Shown: piece by piece, positions 37,613 to 50,273 of the stretch
Numbering within the stretch: position 1 is the stretch's first letter
Layout: each line of letters opens with the position of its first letter
Source of the DNA: a bacterium
GTDB lineage: Bacteria > UBA8248
DNA: 64,000 nt
Assembly (NCBI GenBank): GCA_965261085.1
Contig: OZ253442.1
Coordinates: 3,872,001-3,936,000 of the forward strand
Direction: 5' to 3'
The notes under the pieces: generated by a model
Database searches by the model: none
Told to the model about the DNA's origin: nothing
What the model saw: only the letters and a program-made list of their open reading frames with translations
Position numbers and translations under genes: made by a program

Positions 37613-38016
37613 AGAATTTTCATCTGACCATCAACGGGAAACGCTACGCGGTGAGCGTCGAGCGCGACCCCGTCTCTAATGACCTCGATATCACGGTAGA
37701 CGGCCAGACGCATCGCGTCGGGGTGGAAGAAGAGGAGAAAGCCGCCTCTTCCGCTCCCCGTCCGTCCGCCGCGCGCAGGCCCTCACCCAAGCCGGTGAGC
37801 GCCGGCGGGAAAATACTGGCCCCCCTGCCGGGCGTGGTCTTATCCGTCGAAGTGGCGCCGGGCGATGCGGCGCGCGCCGGGGATACGCTTTTGGTGCTCG
37901 AGGCGATGAAGATGGAAAACGTGATTTCGGCTGATTCCGATTGTACGATTCAGGCGGTTCACGTGCAAAAAGGCGACAAGGTGGAAGCTTCTCAACTTCT
38001 GATGGAGATTTCATGA
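37609..38016 (+). CDS. Biotin carboxyl carrier subunit (MmdC-like)
   Basis: Ala/Pro linker, APLPG, EAMKM biotinylation motif; TTG start overlaps the previous stop. Confidence 0.9.
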   Translation: MKNFHLTINGKRYAVSVERDPVSNDLDITVDGQTHRVGVEEEEKAASSAPRPSAARRPSPKPVSAGGKILAPLPGVVLSVEVAPGDAARAGDTLLVLEAMKMENVISADSDCTIQAVHVQKGDKVEASQLLMEIS

Positions 38017-39137
38017 GCAGCTTGTTTTCCTCTGTCGCCGATTTCATCTCCGTCACCGGCTTTTCCGCGCTGAACGCCGGGGACGTCCTCATGCTCGGCA
38101 TCTCCTGCCTCCTGCTCTACCTGGCCATCCAGAAAGGTTTTGAGCCCCTGCTCCTCGTGCCCATCGGATTCGGCATGCTGCTTTCGAACCTCCCTGAAAC
38201 CGGCATTTTCGATGAGGGAGGCCTCATCCGTTATTTCTACTTCGGGGTAAAGGCCGGAGTGTTTCCGCCCCTGATCTTCATGGGCATCGGCGCGCTGACG
38301 GACTTCGGCCCCCTGCTGGCGAACCCCAAGACATTATTGCTGGGCGCAGCGGCGCAATTCGGCATCTTCGCTACGCTGCTCGGGAGCATATTCCTGGGCT
38401 TCAACCTCTCTGAAGCCGGCGCCATCGGCATCATCGGCGGCGCGGACGGCCCCACGGCCATCTACACCGCGTCCAAACTGGCGCCTCATCTGCTGGGCCC
38501 CATCGCCGTGGCCGCCTACAGCTATATGGCGCTCGTGCCGCTGATACAGCCCCCCATCATGAAGGCGTTGACTACCAAGGAGGAGCGCGGGCGGGAGATG
38601 ATGCAGCTCAAAGAGATCGAGAAACCCGTTCGCATCCTCTTTCCCATCATCACGACGCTGCTCACAGGCCTCCTCCTCCCCTCAGCCGCGCCCCTCATCG
38701 GGATGCTCATGCTCGGAAATCTCTTCCGCGAGTGCGGGGTCGTCGAAAGGCTCCTCAAGACTTCCGAGGACGCGCTGCTCAACATGGTGACGATATTCCT
38801 CGGCGTCTCCGTGGGCGCTTCGATGACGGCCGAGACTTTCCTCAAATGGGAGACCATCGGCATCCTCTTGCTGGGCTTCATCGCCTTCAGCATCGGCACG
38901 GCCACCGGCGTGATCTTCGGCAAGATAATGGCCGCGTACAGCCGCACGCCGATCAATCCCCTCATCGGCGCCGCCGGCGTGAGCGCGGTTCCCATGGCCG
39001 CCCGCGTGGTGCAGAAAGTGGGCGCCGATGAAAATCCGGGTAATTTCCTGCTCATGCACGCGATGGGTCCCAACGTGGCCGGCGTCATCGGCTCGGCGAT
39101 TGCGGCCGGCGTGCTGATATCACTCATCCAAACCTGA
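38013..39137 (+). CDS. Na+-translocating decarboxylase beta subunit (OadB/MmdB family)
   Basis: [48 protein letters not shown] motifs. Confidence 0.95.
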   Translation: MSSLFSSVADFISVTGFSALNAGDVLMLGISCLLLYLAIQKGFEPLLLVPIGFGMLLSNLPETGIFDEGGLIRYFYFGVKAGVFPPLIFMGIGALTDFGPLLANPKTLLLGAAAQFGIFATLLGSIFLGFNLSEAGAIGIIGGADGPTAIYTASKLAPHLLGPIAVAAYSYMALVPLIQPPIMKALTTKEERGREMMQLKEIEKPVRILFPIITTLLTGLLLPSAAPLIGMLMLGNLFRECGVVERLLKTSEDALLNMVTIFLGVSVGASMTAETFLKWETIGILLLGFIAFSIGTATGVIFGKIMAAYSRTPINPLIGAAGVSAVPMAARVVQKVGADENPGNFLLMHAMGPNVAGVIGSAIAAGVLISLIQT

Positions 39138-39152
39138 TGGAGCGACACTTTC

Positions 39153-40343
39153 ATGGCTGGACCACTCGAAGGAATCCGGGTAGTCGACCTGACGCGAATT
39201 CTCGCAGGTCCGTATTGCACGATGATGCTGGGCGATATGGGCGCGGAGATCATCAAGGTCGAAAATCCCGACGGCGGGGACGACACCCGAAGCTGGGGGC
39301 CCCCTTTCTTGAACGGCGTGAGCACGTACTTCATCTCGATTAACCGGAACAAGAAAAGCCTCACGCTCAACCTCAAAGATGAACGCGGAAAGGAGCTTCT
39401 GCGGGATTTGATTCGCAAAAGCGACATCATGGTGGAGAATTTCAGACCAGGCACACTGGATAAACTCGGGTTTTCCTGGGAGGAAATCCACCGGATCAAC
39501 CCCGCGATGATATTCGCCTCACTGTCGGGCTTCGGCCAGACCGGCCCCAGAAAAAGCGAACCCGGCTTCGACGTGGTCATCCAGGGAGAGGGCGGGCTGA
39601 TGAGCATCACGGGCGAGCCGGACGGCCCGCCCAACAAGGTGGGCGCATCCGTCGCGGACATCACGGCGGGTATGCTCGCCGCCCAGGGCATTCTGCTTTC
39701 CCTCTATCATCGCGAGAAAACGGGCGTGGGCCAGATGGTCGACATCGGGATGCTCGACGGGCAGGTGGCCCTGCTCACCTACCATGCGAACGGCTACTTC
39801 GCGACCGGAAAGATTCCGCCGAGGCGGGGGAACAAGCATCCCTCCATCACGCCGTATGAGACGTATTCGTGTAAGGACGGATACTTCAACCTGGGCGTGG
39901 GCAACGACAGCCTGTGGCGAAGATTCTGCGACGCGATGGGGCTGGGGGAGATCAAGGAAGACCCCAAATTCGCCGTCAACAAGGACCGGGTGGACAACCG
40001 CCTGGAGCTGGAGGAGATTCTCGACGCCATCTTCGCAGAGAAGACGGTGGAAGAAACGCTCGATGGCCTGCGGGGAGCGGGGGTTCCCTGCGGCCCGATA
40101 AACAACCTCGCGCAGGTGCTGAGCGAGCCCCAGGTTCTCGCGCGCGAGATGGTGGTGGACGTCGACGTGCCCGTCGCCGGCCCCACGAAGGTGACCGGCG
40201 TGCCCATCAAGTTATCCGAAACCCCGGGTAGCGTTCGGACTCCTCCACCCACGCTGGGTCAGCACACCGAAGAGGTGCTCGAATCCGTTCTCGGAATGGA
40301 TGAGGCGCAAAGAAACGCCCTTCGCCAAGAAGGCGTGGTATGA
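39153..40343 (+). CDS. Family III CoA-transferase (CaiB/BaiF)
   Basis: PLEGIRVVDLTRILAGP, NRNKKS, ENFRPG, GFD, PPTLGQHT motifs. Confidence 0.93.
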   Translation: MAGPLEGIRVVDLTRILAGPYCTMMLGDMGAEIIKVENPDGGDDTRSWGPPFLNGVSTYFISINRNKKSLTLNLKDERGKELLRDLIRKSDIMVENFRPGTLDKLGFSWEEIHRINPAMIFASLSGFGQTGPRKSEPGFDVVIQGEGGLMSITGEPDGPPNKVGASVADITAGMLAAQGILLSLYHREKTGVGQMVDIGMLDGQVALLTYHANGYFATGKIPPRRGNKHPSITPYETYSCKDGYFNLGVGNDSLWRRFCDAMGLGEIKEDPKFAVNKDRVDNRLELEEILDAIFAEKTVEETLDGLRGAGVPCGPINNLAQVLSEPQVLAREMVVDVDVPVAGPTKVTGVPIKLSETPGSVRTPPPTLGQHTEEVLESVLGMDEAQRNALRQEGVV

Positions 40344-40424
40344 GGCTTGAGCATGAATACCTTCGGGCGCTTCTCTCCGGCGCCGGGCCGTTGAAACTCC
40401 GTAAGGCGTCGTCTGGGGATTGAG

Positions 40425-41132
40425 ATGCGGATACCGGGCGTTCAGATCGAAAAACCCAAATCCCTGAGCAAAATGGTGTCGGAACAGATAAAAGACGCCA
40501 TTCTTAGCGGCATCTTCCAGCCTGGAGACAAGCTGGTCGAGACGACGCTGACCGAGTCGATGGGCGTGAGCAGAACGCCGCTTCGGGAAGCCTTCCGGGA
40601 ACTCGCCGCGGAAGGCTACATCACCATTGTCCCGCACAAGGGGGCGCACGTGAGCCTCGTGAGCGAGGATGAGGTGTTGGACATCTACGCCATCACCAGC
40701 GTACTCGAGGGCCTCGCCACGCGACTCGCGACCCCGAACCTCCACGAGGGAAGGGCGAACGAAAAGCTCCATGGGTTTTTCGAGCAGTTGAAGCGCCACC
40801 ATGAGCGCGGCGAAGTGGATGCCTACTGGGCGGCGAATCGCGATTTTCATCGCCACATCACGAGCGCTTGTGAAAATTCAAGACTCCAGGGGCTCATCGG
40901 GAACCTTCGGCAGCAGATTATGAAGACCCGCGTGGTGACGCTCCACGCGCCCGGGCGGCTCGGCGGCTCCATGGCCGAGCATGAGGAAATACTCCAGGCC
41001 ATCCTTGGCGGCGACGGGAGAACCGCCGAACGCCTAGTGATCAGGCATCTGGAAATTCAAGGAAAATTCGTGCTGGACCTCATCAAGAAATCACCTGACA
41101 ACGCAAGCGTCCCGGCCGCAGAACACGACTAG
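40425..41132 (+). CDS. GntR family transcriptional regulator (FCD domain)
   Basis: GVSRTPLREA winged HTH; NRDFH...EHEEIL...HL. Confidence 0.92.
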   Translation: MRIPGVQIEKPKSLSKMVSEQIKDAILSGIFQPGDKLVETTLTESMGVSRTPLREAFRELAAEGYITIVPHKGAHVSLVSEDEVLDIYAITSVLEGLATRLATPNLHEGRANEKLHGFFEQLKRHHERGEVDAYWAANRDFHRHITSACENSRLQGLIGNLRQQIMKTRVVTLHAPGRLGGSMAEHEEILQAILGGDGRTAERLVIRHLEIQGKFVLDLIKKSPDNASVPAAEHD

Positions 41133-42244
41133 GAAAACACCTCGCGCACGCTTGCGCTCTCGATCCCCAGGGCTTTCGCCACGCCCGCGTGCGTGATGCG
41201 CCCCTCCGCCACGTTCAGCCCATTGGCGAGGTGCGGATTGCCCATCATGGCTTCTTTGATACCCGAGTTGGCCAACTCCAGGGCGTAGGGCAGCACGGCG
41301 TTCGAGAGCGCGATGGTGCTCGTCCGGGGGACGACCCCCGGCATGTTCGCCACCCCGTAGTGGACGACGCCCTCTACGACATAGGTGGGATCCGAGTGAT
41401 AGGTGGGCCGTATCGTCTCCACGCAACCACCCTGGTCCACCGCTACGTCGACGATGACGGCGCCGGGGTTCATCTCCCGCAGCATCTCGCGCGAAACCAG
41501 AACCGGCGTGCGTCCCCCGGGCACCAATACGGCGCCGATGACCAGATCCGCCTCGCGGAGAGCCTCCCGAACGGTGAAGCGCGTGGACACCAGAGTCTTG
41601 ACCCGGCCGTCGAAGATATCGTCGATATATTCGAGACGCGCGTGATTGATGTCGAACACCGTGACGCCCGCGTGCATGCCGACCGCTATTTTGGCCGCGT
41701 TCTTTCCCACGATGCCCGCTCCGAGGATGACCACGTTCCCACGGGGAACGCCCGGCGCACCGGCCAGCAGAACACCGCGCCCGCCCAGGTTTTTCCCCAG
41801 ATACTTGGCGCCTTCCTGCACGGCCATCCTGCCGGCTATTTCACTCATGGGCTGTAGAATGGGTAAAACGCCATCGGGAGAAGTCACCGTCTCGAAGGCG
41901 ACGCTGTAGGTTCCGCTCTCCACGAGCGCGCGGGCAAGGGGCTGGCAGGCGGCCAGATGCAAAAAGGCGAACAGAATCTGTCCCTCGCGCATCAGCGGAA
42001 ATTCTGATTCCAGGGGTTCCTTGACCTTGAGAATCATCTCCCCATCCGCCCAAAGTTCCTCCGCGGATGAAACGACCCGCGCGCCCACCGCCTCGTATTC
42101 CTCATCCCCGATGCCGGCGTCGAGTCCCGCTCCTTTTTCCACCATCACGGTGTGGCCCGCCTCCGCGAGAGCTTCTACGGCGCCGGGCGAGAGGGCGACG
42201 CGGTATTCATCCTGTTTGATTTCCCTGAGCACCCCGATTTTCAT
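41129..42244 (-). CDS. ald: Alanine dehydrogenase
   Basis: EIKQDEYRVAL, KVKEP, PMSEIAGR, DVAVDQGG, VANMPG motifs. Confidence 0.95.
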   Translation of the reverse strand: MKIGVLREIKQDEYRVALSPGAVEALAEAGHTVMVEKGAGLDAGIGDEEYEAVGARVVSSAEELWADGEMILKVKEPLESEFPLMREGQILFAFLHLAACQPLARALVESGTYSVAFETVTSPDGVLPILQPMSEIAGRMAVQEGAKYLGKNLGGRGVLLAGAPGVPRGNVVILGAGIVGKNAAKIAVGMHAGVTVFDINHARLEYIDDIFDGRVKTLVSTRFTVREALREADLVIGAVLVPGGRTPVLVSREMLREMNPGAVIVDVAVDQGGCVETIRPTYHSDPTYVVEGVVHYGVANMPGVVPRTSTIALSNAVLPYALELANSGIKEAMMGNPHLANGLNVAEGRITHAGVAKALGIESASVREVFS

Positions 42245-42681
42245 GAACCGTCCGCCCCCTCTTCCACAACATGAAACGTGCTCTCCGCCTCGGCGACGGC
42301 CCGGCCGTCTTCCGCCCTGGTCGCTTTTCCTTCCAGGACGACGAACCTGCCCTTTTTTTTCTTCAACTTCCCCTCGATCAACAAAGGAGTGCCGACCGGA
42401 AGGGGGTCGCGATAGCGGATTTCGCTTCTTGCCGAATAGGCGCGAATCCCTTTGAGGAAAAGCCAGTTCGCCATGACGTCATCGAGAACGCTGAATACGA
42501 TGCCGCCGTGGGTGACGCCGTCGTAGCCCTGGTGGACAGGCTTCGGCGTGAACTCGGCGCGGCAGACGTCGCCATCGAGCCGGAAAGTGATTTTCAAGCC
42601 AATCGGGTTCGCGGGTCCGCATACGAAACAACCATCCGCATCCAGGCGTCCTCTTGAATCAGACAATAGCTCGGTCTCCAT
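42241..42681 (-). CDS. PaaI family hotdog-fold thioesterase
   Basis: CFVCGPANPIGL, HQGYDGVTHGG, LDD motifs. Confidence 0.88.
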   Translation of the reverse strand: METELLSDSRGRLDADGCFVCGPANPIGLKITFRLDGDVCRAEFTPKPVHQGYDGVTHGGIVFSVLDDVMANWLFLKGIRAYSARSEIRYRDPLPVGTPLLIEGKLKKKKGRFVVLEGKATRAEDGRAVAEAESTFHVVEEGADGS

Positions 42682-42694
42682 TTCCGTATAGAGC

Positions 42695-42730
42695 AAAACA
42701 AAAAAAGGAGAGCCTCAGCGGCTCTCCTTT
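42695..42730 (-). terminator. Rho-independent terminator after rplQ
   Basis: AAAGGAGAGCC-5 nt-GGCTCTCCTTT stem followed by a T run on the minus strand. Confidence 0.85.
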
Positions 42731-42755
42731 CGGGAGTCTCTCATATCCGGTCCCC

Positions 42756-43178
42756 CTACCCTTCCCCTTGCGCCTCTTTTCTCTTCTGGCGTCGCTCCCG
42801 TTTCTCTGCTTCTCTCGTGGTGTCTCTGTCGATCAACTCGAGAAGCGCCATGGGCGCGGCATCTCCCTGCCGCGGAGGGAGGCGCAGAATTCGGGTATAG
42901 CCGCCGGGCCGCTCCGCATATCTCGGGGCGATGGCTTCCATGAGTTTGGCGACCGCAGCGGGGGTTTTAAGATAAGAGGCGACCTGCCGCCGCGCATGGA
43001 GCGTTCCTTTCTTGCCCGTGGTGATGATGCGCTCGGCGTGGCGGCGAACCTCCTTGGCCTTCGCCAGCGTCGTTCGCACCCTCTCCTCGTCGATGAGAGA
43101 AGTCACCATGTTCCTCGTCATCGCATCGCGATGTTTCGAGGTGCGTCCCAGTTTTCTTCCATGCCATCTGTGCCGCAT
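42756..43178 (-). CDS. rplQ: 50S ribosomal protein L17
   Basis: MRHR...KLGRTSKHR, RPGGYTRI. Confidence 0.97.
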   Translation of the reverse strand: MRHRWHGRKLGRTSKHRDAMTRNMVTSLIDEERVRTTLAKAKEVRRHAERIITTGKKGTLHARRQVASYLKTPAAVAKLMEAIAPRYAERPGGYTRILRLPPRQGDAAPMALLELIDRDTTREAEKRERRQKRKEAQGEG

Positions 43179-43189
43179 CTATCTATGTC

Positions 43190-44209
43190 CTATTCTTGTA
43201 CGGAATCATCCTGGCCGCTCAAATCGCGCGGCGTGAGATTCATATAACTCAAATCCATCCCGAGGGACAAACCCATACCCGTGAGGATATCACGAATTTC
43301 ATTCAAACTCTTGCGCCCAAAGTTCCTCGTTTTCAGTAACTCGGCTTCGGTTTTTTGCACTAACTCGCCCAGCGTGCGGATACGCGCGTTTTTCAGGCAA
43401 TTATAGCTGCGAACCGAAAGCTCGAGCTCCTCCACGCTTCTGCTGAGACTCTCCACTATTCTTTGCTTGCGCTCATCCACCTTGGGCGCCTGGGGCTCAT
43501 GCTCTTCTTCGAAGTTGATGAATATCTGGAGATTGTCCTTTAGTATCTTCGCCGCGTGGGCAACCGCATCCACGGGAGCGATGGTTCCGTTCGTCTCCAC
43601 GTCGAGAATCAGCTTGTCGTAGTCCGTAATGTCACCCACCCGGGTTTTCTCCACCTGGAAGGTGCAGCGGCGGATGGGAGAGAAGATGGAGTCCATCGGG
43701 ATGAACTGAGGGCCGAGGGACAAATCCACGTTTCTCTCCGCAGGAACGTAGCCGCGACCGATGTTCGCCACGAGTTCCACCTCGATTTCCACCTCATCGT
43801 TCATGGTGGCGATCTCAACCTCGGGGGTCAGCACCTTCACACCCGCAGGGGCTTCGATATCTCCCGCCTTGAATACGTCGGCGGAACCCGAATGCCGATA
43901 ATGCATATGAATCGGGATAGTTTCCGACTCCACGTCAATGACGACGTCCTTAAGATTCAGGATGATTTCCGTCACGTCCTCCATGACGCCCGGAATACTC
44001 GAAAACTCGTGAAACACTCCCTCAATGCGCACACCCGTGAAAGCGGCTCCCTGCAATGAAGACAAGATCACACGGCGGAGCGCATTGCCCAGCGTAACGC
44101 CAAATCCGCGCTCCAAGGGCTCAGCGACAAAACGGCCGAAAGTATCGGTCAAACTTTCCGGCTGCGGTTCCAGGCCAGTGGGTTTGACCAGATCAGCATT
44201 GGCTGTCAT
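43190..44209 (-). CDS. rpoA: RNA polymerase alpha subunit
   Basis: [29 protein letters not shown]. Confidence 0.98.
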   Translation of the reverse strand: MTANADLVKPTGLEPQPESLTDTFGRFVAEPLERGFGVTLGNALRRVILSSLQGAAFTGVRIEGVFHEFSSIPGVMEDVTEIILNLKDVVIDVESETIPIHMHYRHSGSADVFKAGDIEAPAGVKVLTPEVEIATMNDEVEIEVELVANIGRGYVPAERNVDLSLGPQFIPMDSIFSPIRRCTFQVEKTRVGDITDYDKLILDVETNGTIAPVDAVAHAAKILKDNLQIFINFEEEHEPQAPKVDERKQRIVESLSRSVEELELSVRSYNCLKNARIRTLGELVQKTEAELLKTRNFGRKSLNEIRDILTGMGLSLGMDLSYMNLTPRDLSGQDDSVQE

Positions 44210-44276
44210 TTCTATTGGTCCTCCGTTCGGCGGTTGACCACTTTTTGAAACAAGTTGGTCGGATCGAATTCGTCAT

Positions 44277-44909
44277 TTATTTGGAATACAGTTCCACAAT
44301 TTGTTGCGCGTTGATGTCAAACAGAGACTCAATCAGAATGGGTGGCTCCATAACACGCGCTTGAAGATCGGCGTGATCCACGTCGAGCCATGCGGGAGCA
44401 CCGCGCACTTTCCCTTTCTCCACGCTTTGGACGATCAGCGCATTCTTCTTGCTTTTCTCTTTTATCTCGACGACATCGCCCTTGCTCACGACGAACGCCG
44501 GGCGATTCACCTTCTTGCCGTTCACCCGAACGTGGTTGTGAATCACCAGTTGACGCGCCTGATTGCGCGAATCCGCGAAACTCGCCCGGAATACGACGTT
44601 GTCGAGCCTGGATTCGAGCAGTGAAAACAGGTTGTCGCCGGTGACTCCCTTGCGCCGCGCCGCTTCTTTATAATAAAGCCGAAACTGCTTCTCCAGCACG
44701 CCGTACACCCGGCGCGCCTTTTGCTTCTCACGAAGCTGCAACCCGTATTCGCTCACCTTTCCCCGCGTACGCGCCGCGCCATGCTGCCCCGGCGGAAAGC
44801 TCCGTTTATCGAAAGAGCATTTATCACCAATACAGCGATCACCCTTCAAGAAGAGCTTCATCCCCTCTCTTCGGCAAAGCCGACAAACCGAATCCTTGTA
44901 TCGCGCCAA
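44277..44909 (-). CDS. rpsD: 30S ribosomal protein S4
   Basis: CRLCRREG, LREKQK, LESRLDNVV. Confidence 0.98.
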   Translation of the reverse strand: MARYKDSVCRLCRREGMKLFLKGDRCIGDKCSFDKRSFPPGQHGAARTRGKVSEYGLQLREKQKARRVYGVLEKQFRLYYKEAARRKGVTGDNLFSLLESRLDNVVFRASFADSRNQARQLVIHNHVRVNGKKVNRPAFVVSKGDVVEIKEKSKKNALIVQSVEKGKVRGAPAWLDVDHADLQARVMEPPILIESLFDINAQQIVELYSK

Positions 44910-44934
44910 AATTCAAACTCCCTCTTGCCTTGAC

Positions 44935-45336
44935 CTAGACCCGACGCCGCTTGCGCGGACGACAACCATTGTGGGGAATAGGCGTTACGTCACGAATGAG
45001 ACTCACCTCGAGTCCCGCCGCTGCCATCGAGCGAATCGCCGCTTCCCGGCCGGAACCGGGACCGCTCACGTATACTTCCACCGAAGTCACGCCCAAGTCC
45101 AACGCTTTTTTGGCGACATCCGTAGCAGCCATCTGCGCGGCGAAAGGCGTGCTTTTTCGAGAACCCTTGAAGCCTTGTCCGCCGGCCGTCGCCCAGCAAA
45201 CCACATTCCCGCCCGTGTCGGAAATCGAGATCATGGTGTTGTTGAAGGTCGCCAAAATGTGAGCCTGCCCCTTGCCGATGGCTCTACGCTCACGACGGCG
45301 CTTTCCACCGCGCTTTCCCCTGCCCACTTGCGCCAA
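44935..45336 (-). CDS. rpsK: 30S ribosomal protein S11
   Basis: [20 protein letters not shown]. Confidence 0.98.
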   Translation of the reverse strand: MAQVGRGKRGGKRRRERRAIGKGQAHILATFNNTMISISDTGGNVVCWATAGGQGFKGSRKSTPFAAQMAATDVAKKALDLGVTSVEVYVSGPGSGREAAIRSMAAAGLEVSLIRDVTPIPHNGCRPRKRRRV

Positions 45337-45374
45337 TTGAAATCTCCTGCCCTATGAGAGACGAAATCAAAAAA

Positions 45375-45749
45375 TCAGTTGTCCTTTTTCTTTGCGCCCA
45401 CCGTCTTGCGCGGTCCTTTGCGGGTGCGCGCGTTCGTGTGGGTTCTTTGCCCGCGAACGGGCAATCCACGGCGGTGCCGAATGCCCCGGTAGGTGCCGAT
45501 GTCCATCAATCGTTTGATGTTCATGGTCACCCTGCTCCTCAAGTCCCCCTCCACCGCATAGCCACGCTCGATAATCTCGCGCAAGGCCTGCACCTCGGCT
45601 TCGGTGAGGTCCTTGACCTTGGAGAAGGCATTGACTTTCGCTTCTTCCACTATCTTATTCGCGGATGTCCGCCCGATTCCATAGATATACGTCAAAGCGA
45701 TGTTGATGTTCTTATCATTGGGAATATCCACTCCGGAAATACGGGCCAT
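45375..45749 (-). CDS. rpsM: 30S ribosomal protein S13
   Basis: [16 protein letters not shown]. Confidence 0.98.
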   Translation of the reverse strand: MARISGVDIPNDKNINIALTYIYGIGRTSANKIVEEAKVNAFSKVKDLTEAEVQALREIIERGYAVEGDLRSRVTMNIKRLMDIGTYRGIRHRRGLPVRGQRTHTNARTRKGPRKTVGAKKKDN

Positions 45750-45779
45750 TCGCGTTCTCCTTTATTTCTTTATTGCCCC

Positions 45780-45893
45780 TCAGCCTTGTCGCTGTTTGTG
45801 CTTGGGGTTCGAACACAAGACGCGCACGATACCCTTGCGGCGGATGACCTTGCACTTATCACACATTGGCTTGACGGAACTTCTCACCTTCAT
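45780..45893 (-). CDS. rpmJ: 50S ribosomal protein L36 (37 aa; absent from the ORF track)
   Basis: Manual translation [37 protein letters not shown]. Confidence 0.96.
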   Translation of the reverse strand: MKVRSSVKPMCDKCKVIRRKGIVRVLCSNPKHKQRQG

Positions 45894-45922
45894 GGCCTGA
45901 CTCCAAATCTCACTTGAAATAT

Positions 45923-46210
45923 CTACTTATACCGACTCGTGATCCGCCCTCTCGTCAAATCGTAGGGGGATAGTTCCACCTTGACATTGTCCCCAGGGAG
46001 AATCCGGATGAAGTGCATCCGCATTTTCCCCGAGATATGGGCCAACACCTTGTGGCCTCCTTCGAGTTCAACGCGAAACATCGCGTTCGGCAGAGGCTCC
46101 ACGACGATTCCATCCACCTCTATCACGCCTTCCTTGGGAGCCCTCTCCTCGCGCTCTACCTGATCGCGCTTCCTCTGCTTCCTGCTTCCCTGTCGACGAG
46201 GTCTCCTCAT
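45923..46210 (-). CDS. infA: Translation initiation factor IF-1 with a basic N-terminal extension
   Basis: [29 protein letters not shown]. Confidence 0.96.
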   Translation of the reverse strand: MRRPRRQGSRKQRKRDQVEREERAPKEGVIEVDGIVVEPLPNAMFRVELEGGHKVLAHISGKMRMHFIRILPGDNVKVELSPYDLTRGRITSRYK

Positions 46211-46959
46211 GCGGCCAAGCTCAGAATATCCGGGCCGTTTTCGGTAATGGCGACGGAATGTTCAAAATGCGCGGAGAGTTTTTCGTCCGCCGTAACAACT
46301 GTCCATTCATCGTTTAAAACCTTCACGTCATGAACGCCCATGTTCAGCATGGGCTCAATCGCGAGAACCATGCCCGCCTTCAACTCCGGCCCCGTGCCGG
46401 GTTCGCCGAAATTCGGAACCTGGGGTTCTTCGTGAAGATTCGTTCCCACCCCATGCCCCACATAGGAGCGAACCACCGAAAAGCCGGCGCTTTCCGCGTG
46501 CTTTTGCACGGCATGTGAGATATCAAACAACCGGTTGCCCGGTTTCGCCTGCTCGATTCCCTTGAAAAGCGACTCTTCACAACATTTCAACAATTTTTTC
46601 GCCTCGTTATCAACATTGCCCACTGGGAAGGTCACCGCGTGATCTCCATAATAGCCATACAATTTCGCCCCAACATCCACACTGACGATATCCCCCTCCT
46701 TGAGCTTCTTCTCGGAGGGCACCCCATGAACCACCTCTTCGTTGATCGAAGCGCATATCGTGTGCTGATAGCCTCTGTACCCCTTAAAAGCGGGTATCGC
46801 TCCTTCCCCGCGAATAATCCGTTCCGCCAAAGCGTCCAACTCCAGGGTCGTAACGCCCGACCGAATCGCTCTTTTGAGTTCCGCCATGACGCTCATCACC
46901 ACTCGGTTACTGGCTCGCAAACGCTCTATTTCTTTTCGTGAACGAAGGATAATAGCCAT
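46207..46959 (-). CDS. map: Methionine aminopeptidase
   Basis: NEEVVHG, GHGVG, HEEP, IEPM, SAHFEH. Confidence 0.97.
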   Translation of the reverse strand: MAIILRSRKEIERLRASNRVVMSVMAELKRAIRSGVTTLELDALAERIIRGEGAIPAFKGYRGYQHTICASINEEVVHGVPSEKKLKEGDIVSVDVGAKLYGYYGDHAVTFPVGNVDNEAKKLLKCCEESLFKGIEQAKPGNRLFDISHAVQKHAESAGFSVVRSYVGHGVGTNLHEEPQVPNFGEPGTGPELKAGMVLAIEPMLNMGVHDVKVLNDEWTVVTADEKLSAHFEHSVAITENGPDILSLAA

Positions 46960-47588
46960 TAAGTAAGTACCTGGGCAATACCTTCCTCCACCCTCCGCGT
47001 GATTTCCTCGAAGCTACCCTCACCGTCGATTTCCGCGAGCTTGCTCTTTTCGCGATAAAACGCCACCAGCGGTTCGGTATGCTCTTCATACACCCGCAAG
47101 CGCCGAAGCACGGTGCTTTTCATATCGTCCTCGCGCTGGTAGAGGTCTCCCGCGCAGTCGGAGCAAAACGAGGTGTCCATGTGGGGATACACGGCGCCGC
47201 ATTTCTTGCACGTGAGCCTCCCCGCCAGACGCGACACCACGGCTTCACTCGATACGTTGAAATAGATAACCACATCCACGTCTTCCGGCAAAACCCTTTC
47301 CAGCGCCTCGCCCTGTTCAATCGTCCTGGGGAAACCATCCAGGATGAATCCATTATCGCAGTCCGCTCGGGAAATACGATCCTTGATAACCGATATGATG
47401 AGGTCATTCGGTACGAGATGGCCCTTGTTGATGATGTCCCCCACCTCCTGACCGAGCAGCGATTTGTCCGCCACCGCCTGGCGCAACATGTCTCCCGTCG
47501 AGATTTCGGGCACCTGCAGGGATTTCGAGAGCGAAGCGCCCTGGGTGCCTTTTCCCGATCCCGGAGGGCCTAGAAGAATAATTTTCAT
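46959..47588 (-). CDS. adk: Adenylate kinase
   Basis: GPPGSGKGTQ, LDGFPRT, Cys-containing LID. Confidence 0.97.
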   Translation of the reverse strand: MKIILLGPPGSGKGTQGASLSKSLQVPEISTGDMLRQAVADKSLLGQEVGDIINKGHLVPNDLIISVIKDRISRADCDNGFILDGFPRTIEQGEALERVLPEDVDVVIYFNVSSEAVVSRLAGRLTCKKCGAVYPHMDTSFCSDCAGDLYQREDDMKSTVLRRLRVYEEHTEPLVAFYREKSKLAEIDGEGSFEEITRRVEEGIAQVLT

Positions 47589-47591
47589 TTG

Positions 47592-48910
<1,319 letters not shown>

Positions 48911-48914
<4 letters not shown>

Positions 48915-49423
48915 TCGCTTTTATCCTCCGGCTTCACGGCGAGGGCCACGATCTCGACGCTGCCGCCTGCGCTCTCGATTTTCCGGCGAGCCGATTCGCT
49001 GCATTTTTGAACTTTGAGGTGAATCACGCGATCCACCTCGCCCTCGCCCAGGAGTTTGACGCCGTCTTTGGCTAATTTCCGAACCAGGCCGGCGGCATGG
49101 AGGATACCAGCGTCAACGCTGGCGCCCGGCGCCAGTGCACCCAAACGGCCCACGTTCAACTCGGAGAACTTTTTTTTGAAACGATTGCTGAACCCGCGTT
49201 TCGGCAAGCGGCGCTGGAGCGGCATTTGTCCACCCTCGAAACCCACCTTTCGGCTATAGCCGGAACGCGATTTTTGCCCCTTGTGCCCACGCCCCGAGGT
49301 CTTGCCACTGCCGGAACCCGTTCCGCGTCCTACGCGCCGCCGGGAATTCACCGCCCCCTTCGGGGAGGACAAATCGCCCAGGCCCGTAAATGAATCTTCT
49401 GGCTTCTTATCGTTCTCGGACAT
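48911..49423 (-). CDS. rplO: 50S ribosomal protein L15
   Basis: [27 protein letters not shown]; start at MSENDK. Confidence 0.97.
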
Positions 49424-49437
49424 ATGAATCCGGGGAA

Positions 49438-49626
49438 CTAGGCCCCCTCCTCCACTTCTAAGAGATGCTTGATCTTGAACACCATGCCGCGAATGCAAGC
49501 GTTGTCCGTCTTCACGACCGTTTGGTTAATCCGCCTCAGACCCAAGCCATGCAAAACAGCGCGCTGCTTCACACTCGAGCCGGAAGTGCTCTTTCTCAAG
49601 GTGATTTTAATCTTATCCTGCGCCAT
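49438..49626 (-). CDS. rpmD: 50S ribosomal protein L30
   Basis: [14 protein letters not shown]; operon position. Confidence 0.95.
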   Translation of the reverse strand: MAQDKIKITLRKSTSGSSVKQRAVLHGLGLRRINQTVVKTDNACIRGMVFKIKHLLEVEEGA

Positions 49627-49634
49627 CTTTTCCT

Positions 49635-50273
49635 CTATTCTTCTTTCGCGACGTCATCTTTGGCGTCGCCGGCCTCGCCATCCACGGTATCGCCATTCAC
49701 CGCCTCTACATCCGCAACCTCGGCATCTTCCGCTTCTCCGGCTTTTGCGGTGTCATCTTCAGTGCCGATCCCCCTGAGCGCGAAAACTTCTTCCCTGGTG
49801 CGCAGCGAGGACAAACCCTGCAGCGTCGCCTTGGCCGCGTTGTGCGGGTTATTCGTGCCGATGCACTTCGTCAATATGTCACGCACCCCAGCGACGTCCA
49901 GAACCGCGCGCACGGGACCGCCGGCAATGACGCCCGTTCCCCGCGCCGCCGGCTTGAGCAGCACGCGACCTGCGCCGTATTTGCCCATCGTTAGGTGGGG
50001 AATGGTCTCACGATCGAGGGCCACCTTCACCATCGACTTTCGGGCTTTCTCCACGCCCTTGCGAATGGCTTCGGGCACCTCGTTCGCCTTGCCCATCCCG
50101 ATGCCGACCTGCCCTTTTCTGTCGCCGACGGTCACCAAAGCGCTGAAACTGAAGCGCCTGCCGCCCTTCACCACCTTGGCCACGCGGTTCACGTAAATGA
50201 CCCGGTCGATGAATTCCCGCTCCTCGGGTTTCTCAGGCTCTCTGCCCCGGCCTCTTCTTGCCTCTCGCGCCAT
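49635..50273 (-). CDS. rpsE: 30S ribosomal protein S5
   Basis: [14 protein letters not shown]. Confidence 0.98.
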   Translation of the reverse strand: MAREARRGRGREPEKPEEREFIDRVIYVNRVAKVVKGGRRFSFSALVTVGDRKGQVGIGMGKANEVPEAIRKGVEKARKSMVKVALDRETIPHLTMGKYGAGRVLLKPAARGTGVIAGGPVRAVLDVAGVRDILTKCIGTNNPHNAAKATLQGLSSLRTREEVFALRGIGTEDDTAKAGEAEDAEVADVEAVNGDTVDGEAGDAKDDVAKEE

